From NCBI GenBank assembly GCA_964544285.1, contig CAZJAQ010000001.1:45640-102543 (forward strand): 56,904 nt of DNA. The letters run 5' to 3'. The position numbers and the translations under genes were made by a program. Numbering within the stretch: position 1 is the stretch's first letter; the number at the start of each line of letters is the position of its first letter. The notes beneath the pieces were generated by a model. The model was not told where the DNA came from. It made no database searches and saw nothing but the letters and a program-made list of their open reading frames with translations. The DNA is from an uncultured Candidatus Bathyarchaeia archaeon. GTDB taxonomy: Archaea > Thermoproteota > Bathyarchaeia > Bathyarchaeales > SOJC01. Shown here in pieces: positions 36,520 through 45,859 of the stretch.

Positions 36520-37806
36520 CTAGATGATGAGTTTTTCCGGTTCCACGTTACGTTTTGCCATACCGAGGTCGCTCACTCTGAATTCTTTATTTCCAAAAAG
36601 GTCTGCATGTTCCTCTCCTGCGTACAAAGCTGCGGCAATCCTTCCTACAGCGTCGCTTTTCATGTTGCCGCTGCCGCTGCAGCTTCCCACCACCAACAAA
36701 TCGTTCTGCTCGAAAATAACGGGTTGTCCGTCGACGGAGTTAAGACCGTATTGACCTGCCCAGGAACCGTAAGGTTGCGCGCCCAAGAACTGGGGAAAGT
36801 ATTTTGTGACTACTTGATAAATTCCATAGCGATAGAAGTTTTCTTCGGGTTGAGGGTCTTCTTCCAGTTTGAAGCCTCTTGGAAAGTGGTCGCCGTAGCT
36901 CAGCCAGAAAGCGTCCTCTTCCAGTGCTGGTTTAATGTAAACCGTGGGTTCTGGCAGAATCGTGAAAGGCATACAATTCTCTTCGTTGAAGTCTCCAACG
37001 TTTAGCAGCTGTTTTAACGCAGGTGTTGAAGCCTTAACAGAAAAGAGTTGACGTTTTATGGGGTCCATCGGTGCGTAGACCCCAACTGGATGCAGTAGAG
37101 TGTTCGCCCATACACCGGCGGCGATCATGGTTTTTTTTGCTTTTATAACGCCTCGGTTGGTGTTGACTCCTGCGGCTCTGGACTTTTGCCAGAAGAAGGG
37201 TTCGTCGGGCATGCCTAAGGGTTGCTCGGGCTCTACTAATATCTGTTCAGCTCTCGTGTTGTACCGAATTTCTCCGCCCATTTTTCTGAACTCTGTCTCG
37301 TAAAACTGAACCAGCAAGTCGATGTCGATAGAGCCTGCTTTTGGGACGAATACGCCTTTTTCTACATCTGCTAACCGCATAATATGAGCTTCTTCATCTT
37401 TTGTAACTTCCGTTCTGAGACTAAGCCGCTTTGCCAACTCCTCTTTTTCATACACTTTGTACTCGAGACCGTTTTCTGCCATCAATTTCAGAACAGGCTC
37501 GGCAGTTTTGTAGCGTTCCTTTGAAAACAGCCACAAGTATCCCGCCCACTTCAACTTCAGGTCGGCACCCAACTTGTTCTGAACATGCTTGAAGAACTCA
37601 ACAGTCGTGTCCACTAACGTGAGGTTTGTGCGAGAGTAGAAGAAACACCTAAACATCGCGGCGCTTTTAGCGGTGTTTCCTTGGCCCGCGGTGCCCGCTT
37701 TATCTATTATAAGAATTCGGTCGTCTGGTCGTTGTTTTTTTATGTGATAAGCGGTTGCTAATCCGAATATGCCTGCACCTACTATCACTGCGTCATACGT
37801 TGTCAA
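36520..37806 (-). CDS. FAD-dependent oxidoreductase (DAO family)
   Basis: N-terminal dinucleotide-binding YDAVIVGAGIFGLATAY. It lies immediately upstream of, and co-directional with, the aminotransferase. Confidence 0.8.
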   Translation of the reverse strand: MTTYDAVIVGAGIFGLATAYHIKKQRPDDRILIIDKAGTAGQGNTAKSAAMFRCFFYSRTNLTLVDTTVEFFKHVQNKLGADLKLKWAGYLWLFSKERYKTAEPVLKLMAENGLEYKVYEKEELAKRLSLRTEVTKDEEAHIMRLADVEKGVFVPKAGSIDIDLLVQFYETEFRKMGGEIRYNTRAEQILVEPEQPLGMPDEPFFWQKSRAAGVNTNRGVIKAKKTMIAAGVWANTLLHPVGVYAPMDPIKRQLFSVKASTPALKQLLNVGDFNEENCMPFTILPEPTVYIKPALEEDAFWLSYGDHFPRGFKLEEDPQPEENFYRYGIYQVVTKYFPQFLGAQPYGSWAGQYGLNSVDGQPVIFEQNDLLVVGSCSGSGNMKSDAVGRIAAALYAGEEHADLFGNKEFRVSDLGMAKRNVEPEKLII

Positions 37807-37903
37807 CTAACCTCATCTCGCTTCGGGTGGTCTGTTAGAAATTACCATTACATAAGAGGTTAAAGATTAACGCTTCGCTAGACCTTTCGAGATTGGAGGA
37901 AAT

Positions 37904-39625
37904 TTAAAGTATTTCTCGGTACTCGAGTTGAAGGTTTAACATCGAGATTGTTTCAGAGTCAAGTGTGGCAGCCTTGTCAGGGTGGGCTATCTCAGCAGGT
38001 TCTTTCAATAAAGCAGTGAAAGATGTGGGCGGTAGAACGGTCTTAGTGGCGTTGACTGAGGCAGTTGCGCCGTCGTCGTCCGTTACGTACAAAGTCACGA
38101 TAAAGGTTCCATTAGTAGAATAAGCATGAGTCACTAAGATGCCGGTAGCGTTAGTGCTGTCGCCGAAATCCCAGAAATACTCAACGATAGTCCCGTCAGC
38201 ATCGTAGCTTGCAGTCGCGTTGAAAGAGATAAATTCTCCTACAAGCACAGTTGTCGCATTTTCGGTAAAAGACGCAATAGGGGGTCTATTGAGTATGGTG
38301 ATTTCTATGGATTTTCTGCTTATTAACCCTATGTTGTCAGTCACGGTGAGCGTGACGTTGAAGTCTCCACTGTCCACATACGTGTGGGTTGTAATCTCTC
38401 CAGTGCTGTTAGTTTCGTCGCCGAAATCCCAGAAGTAGCTGACTATCGTGCCGTCGGGGTCTGAGCTCGTAGATGCGTTGAAAGTCACGACTGTGCCGGT
38501 GTACGGGTTTGTGGGAGAGTGTGTGAAAGAAGCTACAGGTATTTTGATGTAAGTGTATTCATAAGCGAAGAAGCCTTGTGTTGTATGGACGGTTATTTTT
38601 ATCTCTTGACCTACGAATGCTGTCCAATCCCACAAGCATTGAAGAAGAAGGCTTCCGTCGGGCTGCAGTGTGCGCGAGCCACTTCCCACGATTATGGCGT
38701 CAAAATCTTGGGTTCCGTTTGTTATTATTACTCTATCAACGTCGACAAAATGCGGTGATGACGGCAGACTGTGGATTGTTACGTTAAACCCACTCGTGTC
38801 AGGTAGCGTAGTGAAAGTTATGTCCGTTATATTGAGCGCCACTGGAGACGGTAGGACTGCGGTTTTGTAGGTTGCCGAATAACCCTGCAAGGTTTTCGCG
38901 GTAATCGTATGAGAAGAACCGAGAGCACCTCTTTCCCACAAGTTCCAGTAACATACAAAGGTCTTTCCTTCACCCGGCTGAAGTACTTGCGGAAGAGTAG
39001 CACTGCCATCCTGAGTCGTTATGTTTTGAGACTGAATAACCCTCGAATCAAACAGTATCTGTGTCAAGTTTAATGGTATGACAGAGTCTATTGAGTTTCT
39101 GAGGGTTAAGTTGAAGCTCTCGACAGTCGCTGTGGTGTCAAAATCCGCGTCAAAGATTTCCAACCTCACTCTGCTTGTCTTGTGTGAAAATGTTGCACCC
39201 GAATTGTCCTTAAGGAATATGACGACTTGGACCGTTTGACCTGCAAGCTCTCCCCAGTTTCTTTCACACTTGAAAGTAGTGGCTTGACCTTTCACGAGAG
39301 AGTATGGTATTGATGGTTCAGTGGATTCAACCCCAATCACCTCGTTATTGGCATTGATTAGGACTATACTCGTCACGTTCGCGTCTCCCTCGGAGTAAGA
39401 TGGGTTCAAGACTGTTACGTTGAAATAGGTGCAGTTCTCGACGGGAAACGTGACATTCATGACCGTTATGGTGGTAATGCCTTCAGGTACTTTAAACCCT
39501 ATTTCCACGTAATAGCCCACAGTCCACAGATAAGATAAAACAGCGCCTGTCAACCCAGACGCTAAAAGCAAAACTAACAGGGTAAGTTTTGTGATGCCTC
39601 TCGTGCTTCTTAACATAGTGTGCAT
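37904..39625 (-). CDS. N-terminally anchored surface protein with three ~105-aa repeats and two PKD domains
   Basis: TM helix at the N-terminus. Two PKD repeats (…DPDGTIVSYFWDFGDETNSTG…, …DADGTIVEYFWDFGDSTNATG…). More than 20 N-x-S/T sequons. Confidence 0.8.
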   Translation of the reverse strand: MHTMLRSTRGITKLTLLVLLLASGLTGAVLSYLWTVGYYVEIGFKVPEGITTITVMNVTFPVENCTYFNVTVLNPSYSEGDANVTSIVLINANNEVIGVESTEPSIPYSLVKGQATTFKCERNWGELAGQTVQVVIFLKDNSGATFSHKTSRVRLEIFDADFDTTATVESFNLTLRNSIDSVIPLNLTQILFDSRVIQSQNITTQDGSATLPQVLQPGEGKTFVCYWNLWERGALGSSHTITAKTLQGYSATYKTAVLPSPVALNITDITFTTLPDTSGFNVTIHSLPSSPHFVDVDRVIITNGTQDFDAIIVGSGSRTLQPDGSLLLQCLWDWTAFVGQEIKITVHTTQGFFAYEYTYIKIPVASFTHSPTNPYTGTVVTFNASTSSDPDGTIVSYFWDFGDETNSTGEITTHTYVDSGDFNVTLTVTDNIGLISRKSIEITILNRPPIASFTENATTVLVGEFISFNATASYDADGTIVEYFWDFGDSTNATGILVTHAYSTNGTFIVTLYVTDDDGATASVNATKTVLPPTSFTALLKEPAEIAHPDKAATLDSETISMLNLQLEYREIL

Positions 39626-39726
39626 GCTTTGGTTCCTCGCTCTAGATGGATGTCTATGTTGTTTTGTGACTGGGGTAAATAAGTGTTCGGTTGTTAGGCT
39701 TCTCTGTTAAGACCCTTGTTTTCAGG

Positions 39727-40203
39727 CTATCTTACTACTAGCACTGGGCACGGCGCGTACGTCGTTACTCCGCTGGCTACGCTTCCCAGAAGGAATTTTC
39801 TGATTCCAGTTCTGCCTTTAGTTCCTATAACGATGAGGTCACAGCCCTCTTTCTCGGCGGCTTCTGTTATTGCGTGGACAATTGATGGCTGATCTTCGAT
39901 GAGTTTTGTCTCTGCTGTGACTCCAGCTTTTTTTGCCATTTCTTTTACTTTTTTTAGGTAGCTTTCAGCCATCTTTTTTTCTTCGCTGCGAACAGTCAAC
40001 GGTATAGGGGTCACTGTTGGGATTGGCATTCCTTCTACGGGCGTAGGAGTGAATGCGTAGACTGGCAAATGCATCACGTGTACTGCGACGATTTTTGCCT
40101 TCATTTTCTTCGCTACGTGTATTGCGTATTCAGCAGCTTTTTCTGAAGGCTTTGAGCCGTCAACAGGAACCAAAATCTTGTTAATAGACAGGGTTTTTGC
40201 CAT
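39727..40203 (-). CDS. universal stress protein (UspA family)
   Basis: ILVPVDGS…, and the C-terminal ATP-binding GTKGRTGIRKFLLGSVA…PVLVV. Confidence 0.85.
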   Translation of the reverse strand: MAKTLSINKILVPVDGSKPSEKAAEYAIHVAKKMKAKIVAVHVMHLPVYAFTPTPVEGMPIPTVTPIPLTVRSEEKKMAESYLKKVKEMAKKAGVTAETKLIEDQPSIVHAITEAAEKEGCDLIVIGTKGRTGIRKFLLGSVASGVTTYAPCPVLVVR

Positions 40204-40269
40204 TTCTCATCGGCTATTCTTTCGTGGGCTTCTAACTTAAACTTTTATGAGAGAAACGAGATATCGTAA

Positions 40270-41409
40270 GTGATGTTCTCAACAACGTCTGCGGGCGACT
40301 TCTTGCATGCGTTGGTTAGTCCATGGTATCAAGCTCTTCAGAACCCGACGGAGGCTCAAAACAAAGCTCTGCATGATCTGGTTGAACACTATAGAAAGAC
40401 TGAGTATGGAAAGCAACACTCTGCAGCTGACGTCAAAAATGTAGAAGATTTTCAGTCGAGTTTTCCCAAACTCAGCTACAAAACGCTGCAACCCTATTTG
40501 AAGAGGGCGAAGGATGGAAACTACCACTTCATCCTCTCAGAACCCCCCATATGCTGGGTTATGACAAGAGGTTCGACAGGGATATCAAAAGTTCTTCCCA
40601 CCACAAAGAGTCATCTTGAACAGATTTTTTCTTGTGGAGCAAGAGCTTTGGTTAACCACGCGTTGAGAAGAAACGATTACGACCTGTTGACTGGAAGAAT
40701 CCTTAACCTTAATTTTCCTTCCACCGTGACGACCATGGAGACAGAGGGGAAACCAGTGACTTACGGTTATAGTTCAGGTACCTATGCTCGACTCAACTCG
40801 ATGCTCAACCAAGTAAGCCTACTGCCGAGACAAGAGGAAATCGATGCGCTGGGTCCTGGCATCGCAAAATCCGACTGGGAAGGGAGGTTTGAGCTCGTGT
40901 ATCAGAGGGCTTTAGGCCAGAACGTTACCGCTGTGATGGGCGTTACGCCAGTCATCTTATCTTTCGCCAAATATGTTGCACGAAGGCATCTGAAAAAGCC
41001 GAAGGAGCTGTGGCGGTTTAAGGCTCTCTTTTGCACGAGTGTTAGAAAAATCCAGTTCAAGTACGCGCCCAGGCTAAGGTCTTATTATGGTGAGGTTCCA
41101 GTGGTGGAGATGTATACTGCTACTGAGGGCGTGTTCGGTCAGCAACTTGATGACCTTCCCTACATCAGTCCTAACTATGACAAATACTTGTTTGAGGTGG
41201 AAACTGGGAAAGGAGTCAGAATGCTCCACGAGCTTAAGAGGGGCGAATGGGGAAGACTGATTGTTTCTTCGTGCATGTTTCCCAGATACGACATAGGCGA
41301 TATGGTAGAAGCTATGGGAAAGAATTACTTTCGAGTTTTCGGTAGAGCAACTGCTTTAACCGTTCTGGAGCACAGGTTGTATAGGCTTTTGTACGGATGG
41401 TTTCTCTAA
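40270..41409 (+). CDS. GH3-family (acyl-acid amido synthetase-like) protein, short form lacking the C-terminal domain
   Basis: N-terminal GH3 pattern …YRKTEYGKQHS…FQSSFP…YKTLQPYL…TRGSTGISKVLPTT. It is only 379 aa, versus about 500+ for typical GH3 proteins. Confidence 0.6.
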   Translation: MMFSTTSAGDFLHALVSPWYQALQNPTEAQNKALHDLVEHYRKTEYGKQHSAADVKNVEDFQSSFPKLSYKTLQPYLKRAKDGNYHFILSEPPICWVMTRGSTGISKVLPTTKSHLEQIFSCGARALVNHALRRNDYDLLTGRILNLNFPSTVTTMETEGKPVTYGYSSGTYARLNSMLNQVSLLPRQEEIDALGPGIAKSDWEGRFELVYQRALGQNVTAVMGVTPVILSFAKYVARRHLKKPKELWRFKALFCTSVRKIQFKYAPRLRSYYGEVPVVEMYTATEGVFGQQLDDLPYISPNYDKYLFEVETGKGVRMLHELKRGEWGRLIVSSCMFPRYDIGDMVEAMGKNYFRVFGRATALTVLEHRLYRLLYGWFL

Positions 41410-41777
41410 GGCTGCGGGCTTCTTCGGGACACTCTAACTACGCCATAGATGGCGAAAATGACGATTAGTATACCAACTATTACCAAGAAGAGCGCTCCGC
41501 GCCATGGATCGGGCAGTCTGAAAAAGGTGGTTATCAAAGACATTGCTCCAAGGACCACGAGGATTAAGCCACCGATCAGAGCCCAAAAAAGCCCTGTCTC
41601 GCTTTTTTCGTGTTTTTCGCCTTTCTCTTCCTTCTCGTGCTTTTCTTGTTTCTCGTGTTTTTCGTGTTTTTCGTAAGCCCCTTTAACAACCTTCTCAGCT
41701 TTAAGGGAAGCTCCACATTTTGGACAATACACCATTTCTTCGGAAACTTTACTTCCACATTTTGGGCAGTATGGCAA
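41406..41777 (-). CDS. zinc-ribbon membrane protein with His/Glu/Lys repeat
   Basis: MPYCPKCGSKVSEEMVYCPKCGASL, then (H/Q/E)EK repeats (EKHEKHEKQEKHEKEEKGEKHEK), then two TM helices. Confidence 0.7.
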   Translation of the reverse strand: MPYCPKCGSKVSEEMVYCPKCGASLKAEKVVKGAYEKHEKHEKQEKHEKEEKGEKHEKSETGLFWALIGGLILVVLGAMSLITTFFRLPDPWRGALFLVIVGILIVIFAIYGVVRVSRRSPQP

Positions 41778-41921
41778 ACTGTCTCACCATCATTCTGCTA
41801 TCTTTGTTTAGTCGATAGTCAATATAAACGTTAAAGCTTGATCGATGGTCTAGAGTCGTTAAAATTTTGGCAAATGCTTATTTTGCTTTCTTGAGGACAA
41901 CAGTCTGAGGAGACTCGAATT

Positions 41922-42671
41922 ATGGAGAATGCGGCGTTAGAAACTATCCTACAGCGAAGAAGCATACGCAAGTTTAAACCCAAACAAGTCTCTCCCAAAA
42001 AGATAAATCGGGTCGTTGAAGCAGCTCAGAGAGCACCTACCGCGTGTGGTATGCAAGCTTACAGCTTCATCCTTCTCACAAATCAGCAGGTTAAGGGGGA
42101 AATCGCTGAAGCAATAGGCGAGCAAGAATGCATGAAACAAGCTCCAGTATGGATAATGGTATGTGCAGACATGGCGCGCCCGCTTCAGCTTTTCGAAACG
42201 CTAGGTGTGAGAACAAAGTTTGGACCGTTAAGCATGTTTATCCCAGCAGTCGTTGATGCGGCTTTAGCTGCAGAAAACATGGCTATCGCGGCAGAGTCCT
42301 TGGGGCTGGGCTCTGTATTCATCGGCAGCGTCTGGAGCAGCCTAAAAAGAGTGGCTGAAATATTAAAAATGCCCAAAAACGTCTTGCCTATCGTGCTGAT
42401 TTGTTTAGGCTATCCTGACGAAACGCCGCCGACAAGACCCCGATGGCCCCTCGAGGCAGTGTTGCATGAGAACCGCTATGAAATGCCCTCAGTGAAGCTT
42501 ATGAAAGAACACTATGATGAAGCGAATCGCCAACTACAAGAAATGCGATACTTCAGGAAAGGTGTTCGTAGTTGGGCAGAGCATTGGCAGAGGAAGTTTC
42601 CTTTGAATGAAATGGACGAGTGGGAAGCACAGTTACGAAGAGAACTGCGAGAACTCGGCTTCTTGCCCTAG
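41922..42671 (+). CDS. nitroreductase family protein
   Basis: LETILQRRSIRKFKPKQVS N-terminus and a nitroreductase-fold pattern throughout. Confidence 0.85.
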   Translation: MENAALETILQRRSIRKFKPKQVSPKKINRVVEAAQRAPTACGMQAYSFILLTNQQVKGEIAEAIGEQECMKQAPVWIMVCADMARPLQLFETLGVRTKFGPLSMFIPAVVDAALAAENMAIAAESLGLGSVFIGSVWSSLKRVAEILKMPKNVLPIVLICLGYPDETPPTRPRWPLEAVLHENRYEMPSVKLMKEHYDEANRQLQEMRYFRKGVRSWAEHWQRKFPLNEMDEWEAQLRRELRELGFLP

Positions 42672-43870
42672 TGAGGGGTTTGTTCGAGCGAAAGGTTTTC
42701 CAACTGTTCCAAGACGTGTCTGCGAATTTCCTTCGGTTTAGGCAGTTTCGCCACTATTTTTCCCTTCCTGATAAGCTGCTTCAGCATACGCTCTGTTTTG
42801 TTCCCGCATTTTGGGCATTTAGGCTGGGGGTCATTGTAGGGCAAGAGAATGTCGGTCAAACATTTTTGGCATCTCCACACTTCCTTTCTTCCTCCGAGTT
42901 TACCTCGTTTTGCACACAGCTTTCCATCCATCTCAACTATGTCCATGGCGAAGTTTACGGTGGGTGAGTTGCTAACGTACGTGCCTATGCCAAACGCGTC
43001 CGCACCAGCCTCGCTTAGTTCTTTGACTGACTCCTCGTCCACCCCTCCAGAAACGAAGATTTTTACGTGCTTATAGCCCCGAAGGTCAAGTTCCCAACGC
43101 ACTTCGTGCACGAGCTCTGCGAAATCGCCTTTTCGAGATGAGGGAGTGTCGAGTCGCACTGCCTTCAGATTCTTAATTGCTTCTGCAGCCATGATTGCTT
43201 CCATCTTCTCATCAGAATACGTGTCGACCAACGCAACACGGGGCACATTCTTCTCAACTACACTGTCAAACGCCTTCCATGCTCTAACTTGGTCGCCTAC
43301 AACTATTATGAGGGCGTGGGGCATCGTTCCCACGGGCTTGGTCTGCGTGGCTTCGGCGCCTATGAGACAGCTAACTGCGTCAAACCCGCCGATAAAGGCT
43401 GCACGGTCTATCATAGGTGAAACAGCTGGGTGCATGCGTCGGACGCCGAAGGAAATAAGGTTCTTGTTTGTGGCAATTTTTCTAATTCTTGCGGCTCGAG
43501 TGGCAATTCCAGAAGCTTGACAAACAAGGCCCAGAAGAGGAGTTTCGAAAAGACAAAACTCCCCATAAGGTCCTTCGATTCGAACAACTGGCTCTCGAAA
43601 ACCTCGATAGTCATTAGGATAAAAAACGGTTCCCTCTGGCATGGAATACACGTCAACACGAACTCCTTCAAACAAACGGGCCAATTCTTCCACGCCACAG
43701 AGAATGCCCCAAGGCCATTTTTCAGGGAGGTCGCCTGACGTTACTTCCGCTACCACGTGGGTTTTTTCTAACCTTTTAGCTTCTAGAATCTGTTTTGTGC
43801 GAACAAAGTAAATGTCAGTAGTGTCGCCTTGCTTTATCTCTTTATCGGATGCTACGTGAAAAAGCCTCAT
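42668..43870 (-). CDS. nicotinate phosphoribosyltransferase (archaeal type) with C-terminal zinc ribbon
   Basis: COG1488-like N-terminus (IKQGDTTDIYFVRTKQIL) and TIM-barrel core. C-terminal WRCQKCLTD…KCPKCGNK. Confidence 0.8.
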   Translation of the reverse strand: MRLFHVASDKEIKQGDTTDIYFVRTKQILEAKRLEKTHVVAEVTSGDLPEKWPWGILCGVEELARLFEGVRVDVYSMPEGTVFYPNDYRGFREPVVRIEGPYGEFCLFETPLLGLVCQASGIATRAARIRKIATNKNLISFGVRRMHPAVSPMIDRAAFIGGFDAVSCLIGAEATQTKPVGTMPHALIIVVGDQVRAWKAFDSVVEKNVPRVALVDTYSDEKMEAIMAAEAIKNLKAVRLDTPSSRKGDFAELVHEVRWELDLRGYKHVKIFVSGGVDEESVKELSEAGADAFGIGTYVSNSPTVNFAMDIVEMDGKLCAKRGKLGGRKEVWRCQKCLTDILLPYNDPQPKCPKCGNKTERMLKQLIRKGKIVAKLPKPKEIRRHVLEQLENLSLEQTPH

Positions 43871-43926
43871 CTGTTTTTCACTCCATGGTTTCTACTTCAG
43901 TGAAGATGCAGGATATTTAAAGGTGT

Positions 43927-44538
43927 TCAAGCGCTGCTTATAAAGGAAAGGAGTTGGATAAACCCCACTTCAACCACTGCAGCGATGAGGAATAACAGGT
44001 AGATTGTTAAAAGGTCTCTCATGACCATGCTTCTTTTCAGGGTTTTCTGTATCGTTAAGTAGATTCCATAACCCTCGATTAATCCGTTGGGTAGACTAAG
44101 CAGCAAAACGGTAGCCAACCCACTTAGAATTACACCTCCGAAGACAATGGTGCTAGCCCTAAAAATGCTTAGCAGGATAATCATGCAGGTGAACACTAGA
44201 GCAAAGAGTCGTGGATGCTGAAGCACGATGTACTCGTACTTCCTAGGTTTAAAGAAGGCAAGAACTAACTCGACGTAGAAGGTCATTGCGAGGAGAATAA
44301 GGGAAACCACAAGAACGTTGTGGATAAAGACCACTATCACGGCAATCGGTGGGTCGGTAAACAAGCCTCCTGAATACTCGAAGAACGCCATGTTTTCTAC
44401 GTATGCCAACGCTAAGAAAATCAGCAGAATTATGCCTAGCAACATCGCCCTTTTTTTCGAAGCTGTCATGTGAGCCACAAACCCACTTGCTGATGACTCG
44501 ATAAAAATGTTATTTAATTCTCCAAGTAGCCTATTCAA
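43927..44538 (-). CDS. polytopic membrane protein (DUF95/SpoIIM-like, tentative)
   Basis: About 5 TM helices. TTG start. An alternative ATG is at 44469 (MTASKKRAMLLG). The family call comes from overall topology only. Confidence 0.45.
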   Translation of the reverse strand: MNRLLGELNNIFIESSASGFVAHMTASKKRAMLLGIILLIFLALAYVENMAFFEYSGGLFTDPPIAVIVVFIHNVLVVSLILLAMTFYVELVLAFFKPRKYEYIVLQHPRLFALVFTCMIILLSIFRASTIVFGGVILSGLATVLLLSLPNGLIEGYGIYLTIQKTLKRSMVMRDLLTIYLLFLIAAVVEVGFIQLLSFISSA

Positions 44539-44613
44539 ACGTGTCCATGAAACATCTACGCTTTTCCCCGGCGATGATTTTCCTGAGGGATGGCAAACAC
44601 TTAAGAAAGACTG

Positions 44614-44621
44614 TTATATAT
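44614..44621 (+). promoter_or_regulatory. TATA box (TTATATAT) for the thiolase-like/HMGCS operon
   Basis: 38-45 nt upstream of ATG 44659. GGAAGGAG SD lies between them. Confidence 0.45.
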
Positions 44622-44658
44622 GTGGATAAAGCTTTGAAGGAAGGAGTCAACATTCGTC

Positions 44659-45858
44659 ATGAAAGCGAAATGCCCGGCTATCATTAGCGTGGGCAGAACC
44701 CAGTTTGGAGAACATTATGAAAAAGAACCTGAGAATTTGGTAGAAGAGGCAGGACTAGCAGCATTAAACTCTGCGAAAACTGAACGCGGGGATTTAGACG
44801 CCTGCCACTTTGCAGACTACTTTCTTCCCATAACCAACAAGATAGGATTAGAGGAAGGATTTCTGTCTGAACTCTTAGAGCTAAACATCCCGATGGAAAT
44901 CACACGTTCCTTCAGCTCCGCCCTCTCAAACGCCTGCAACGCTGTTCAGGCAGGAAAATACGACCTCGTGCTCGTGGGAGGAATGGAAAAAATGACCGAC
45001 CGGTGGGACAAAATCAGAGACGACCTCATGCTTCTAGAAGACCCTTGGAGTTACTACGCAGGGTGCACTCCAGAGGCAAACCATGAACTCATGCTGAGGG
45101 CATACATTAAAAAATATGGCATTGCAAGCAAGCAACTCGACGTCTTGAACACCGCATTGGCAGAGTTTTCCGTGAAGAACCATTATAACGCCACGAAAAA
45201 CAAGTACGCTCAGTTTCGCAAAGAAATCTCAGTAGATGCTGTGATTAAGGCGAGAGAAGAAACTGGGAAGCCTCTAGGCTTGTTTGACTACGCACCAATA
45301 TCTGACGGCGCTTCTGCTTTAATATTGACACACTCTGAGCTTGCCAAATCCTATACCGATAAGCCAATCTACGTTTTGGGGCATTCTCTAGCTACAGACT
45401 TTATAACCTTCCCATCACGTAACGACCTGACAGGTTTCTTGGCGACTAAACTTGCCATGAAAGAAGCCCTTAAAGAGGCAAACATGGAGTTAGGCGACAT
45501 TTCGATTTTAGAGCTTTACGATCAGTCTACGATGATGGGGCTTGTGTCCTTGGAAGATTTGGGGTTCTGCGAGAAAGGCAAAGCATGGGAGGATGTTCAC
45601 AAGAGTTTTCAAGCAAATGAAGACGGTTACGTGTTAGGCGGTAGAAGAGTCTTCGTGAACATGAATGGGGGGCTTAAAGCTGATGGGAATCCGCTGGGTG
45701 CGACAGGTGGTGCCGAGATTTTTGAGGTTTTTCAACAGTTGAGGCAAGAAGCCGGGGAAAGACAGGTAAGAACAGATGGAGAGCTTAGGTGCGGCTGCGT
45801 TCACGAGCTAGAAGGCTTTGGAACCAAGGCATACGCCTACATTCTAGGGAGAGAGTAA
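44659..45858 (+). CDS. thiolase-fold protein (archaeal acetoacetyl-CoA thiolase-like) lacking the canonical catalytic Cys and His
   Basis: Thiolase-like over its full length (GGMEKMTD, ISDGASALIL, NMNGGLKADGNPLGATG). The signature position reads ITRSFSSAL (Phe where Cys is expected) and GNP replaces GHP. Confidence 0.75.
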   Translation: MKAKCPAIISVGRTQFGEHYEKEPENLVEEAGLAALNSAKTERGDLDACHFADYFLPITNKIGLEEGFLSELLELNIPMEITRSFSSALSNACNAVQAGKYDLVLVGGMEKMTDRWDKIRDDLMLLEDPWSYYAGCTPEANHELMLRAYIKKYGIASKQLDVLNTALAEFSVKNHYNATKNKYAQFRKEISVDAVIKAREETGKPLGLFDYAPISDGASALILTHSELAKSYTDKPIYVLGHSLATDFITFPSRNDLTGFLATKLAMKEALKEANMELGDISILELYDQSTMMGLVSLEDLGFCEKGKAWEDVHKSFQANEDGYVLGGRRVFVNMNGGLKADGNPLGATGGAEIFEVFQQLRQEAGERQVRTDGELRCGCVHELEGFGTKAYAYILGRE

Positions 45859-45859
45859 A

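Noticed and set aside
41590-41680. Short tandem DNA repeats (CGTGTTTTTCG-like) that might superficially suggest a repeat array.
   Set aside because: They lie inside a CDS and simply encode the HEK amino-acid repeat. There is no spacer/repeat organisation, so this is not CRISPR.
43570-43592. GATTCGAAC (a T-loop-like GTTCGAATC on the minus strand).
   Set aside because: The flanking bases do not form a T-stem or acceptor stem, and it lies inside the NAPRT coding sequence.
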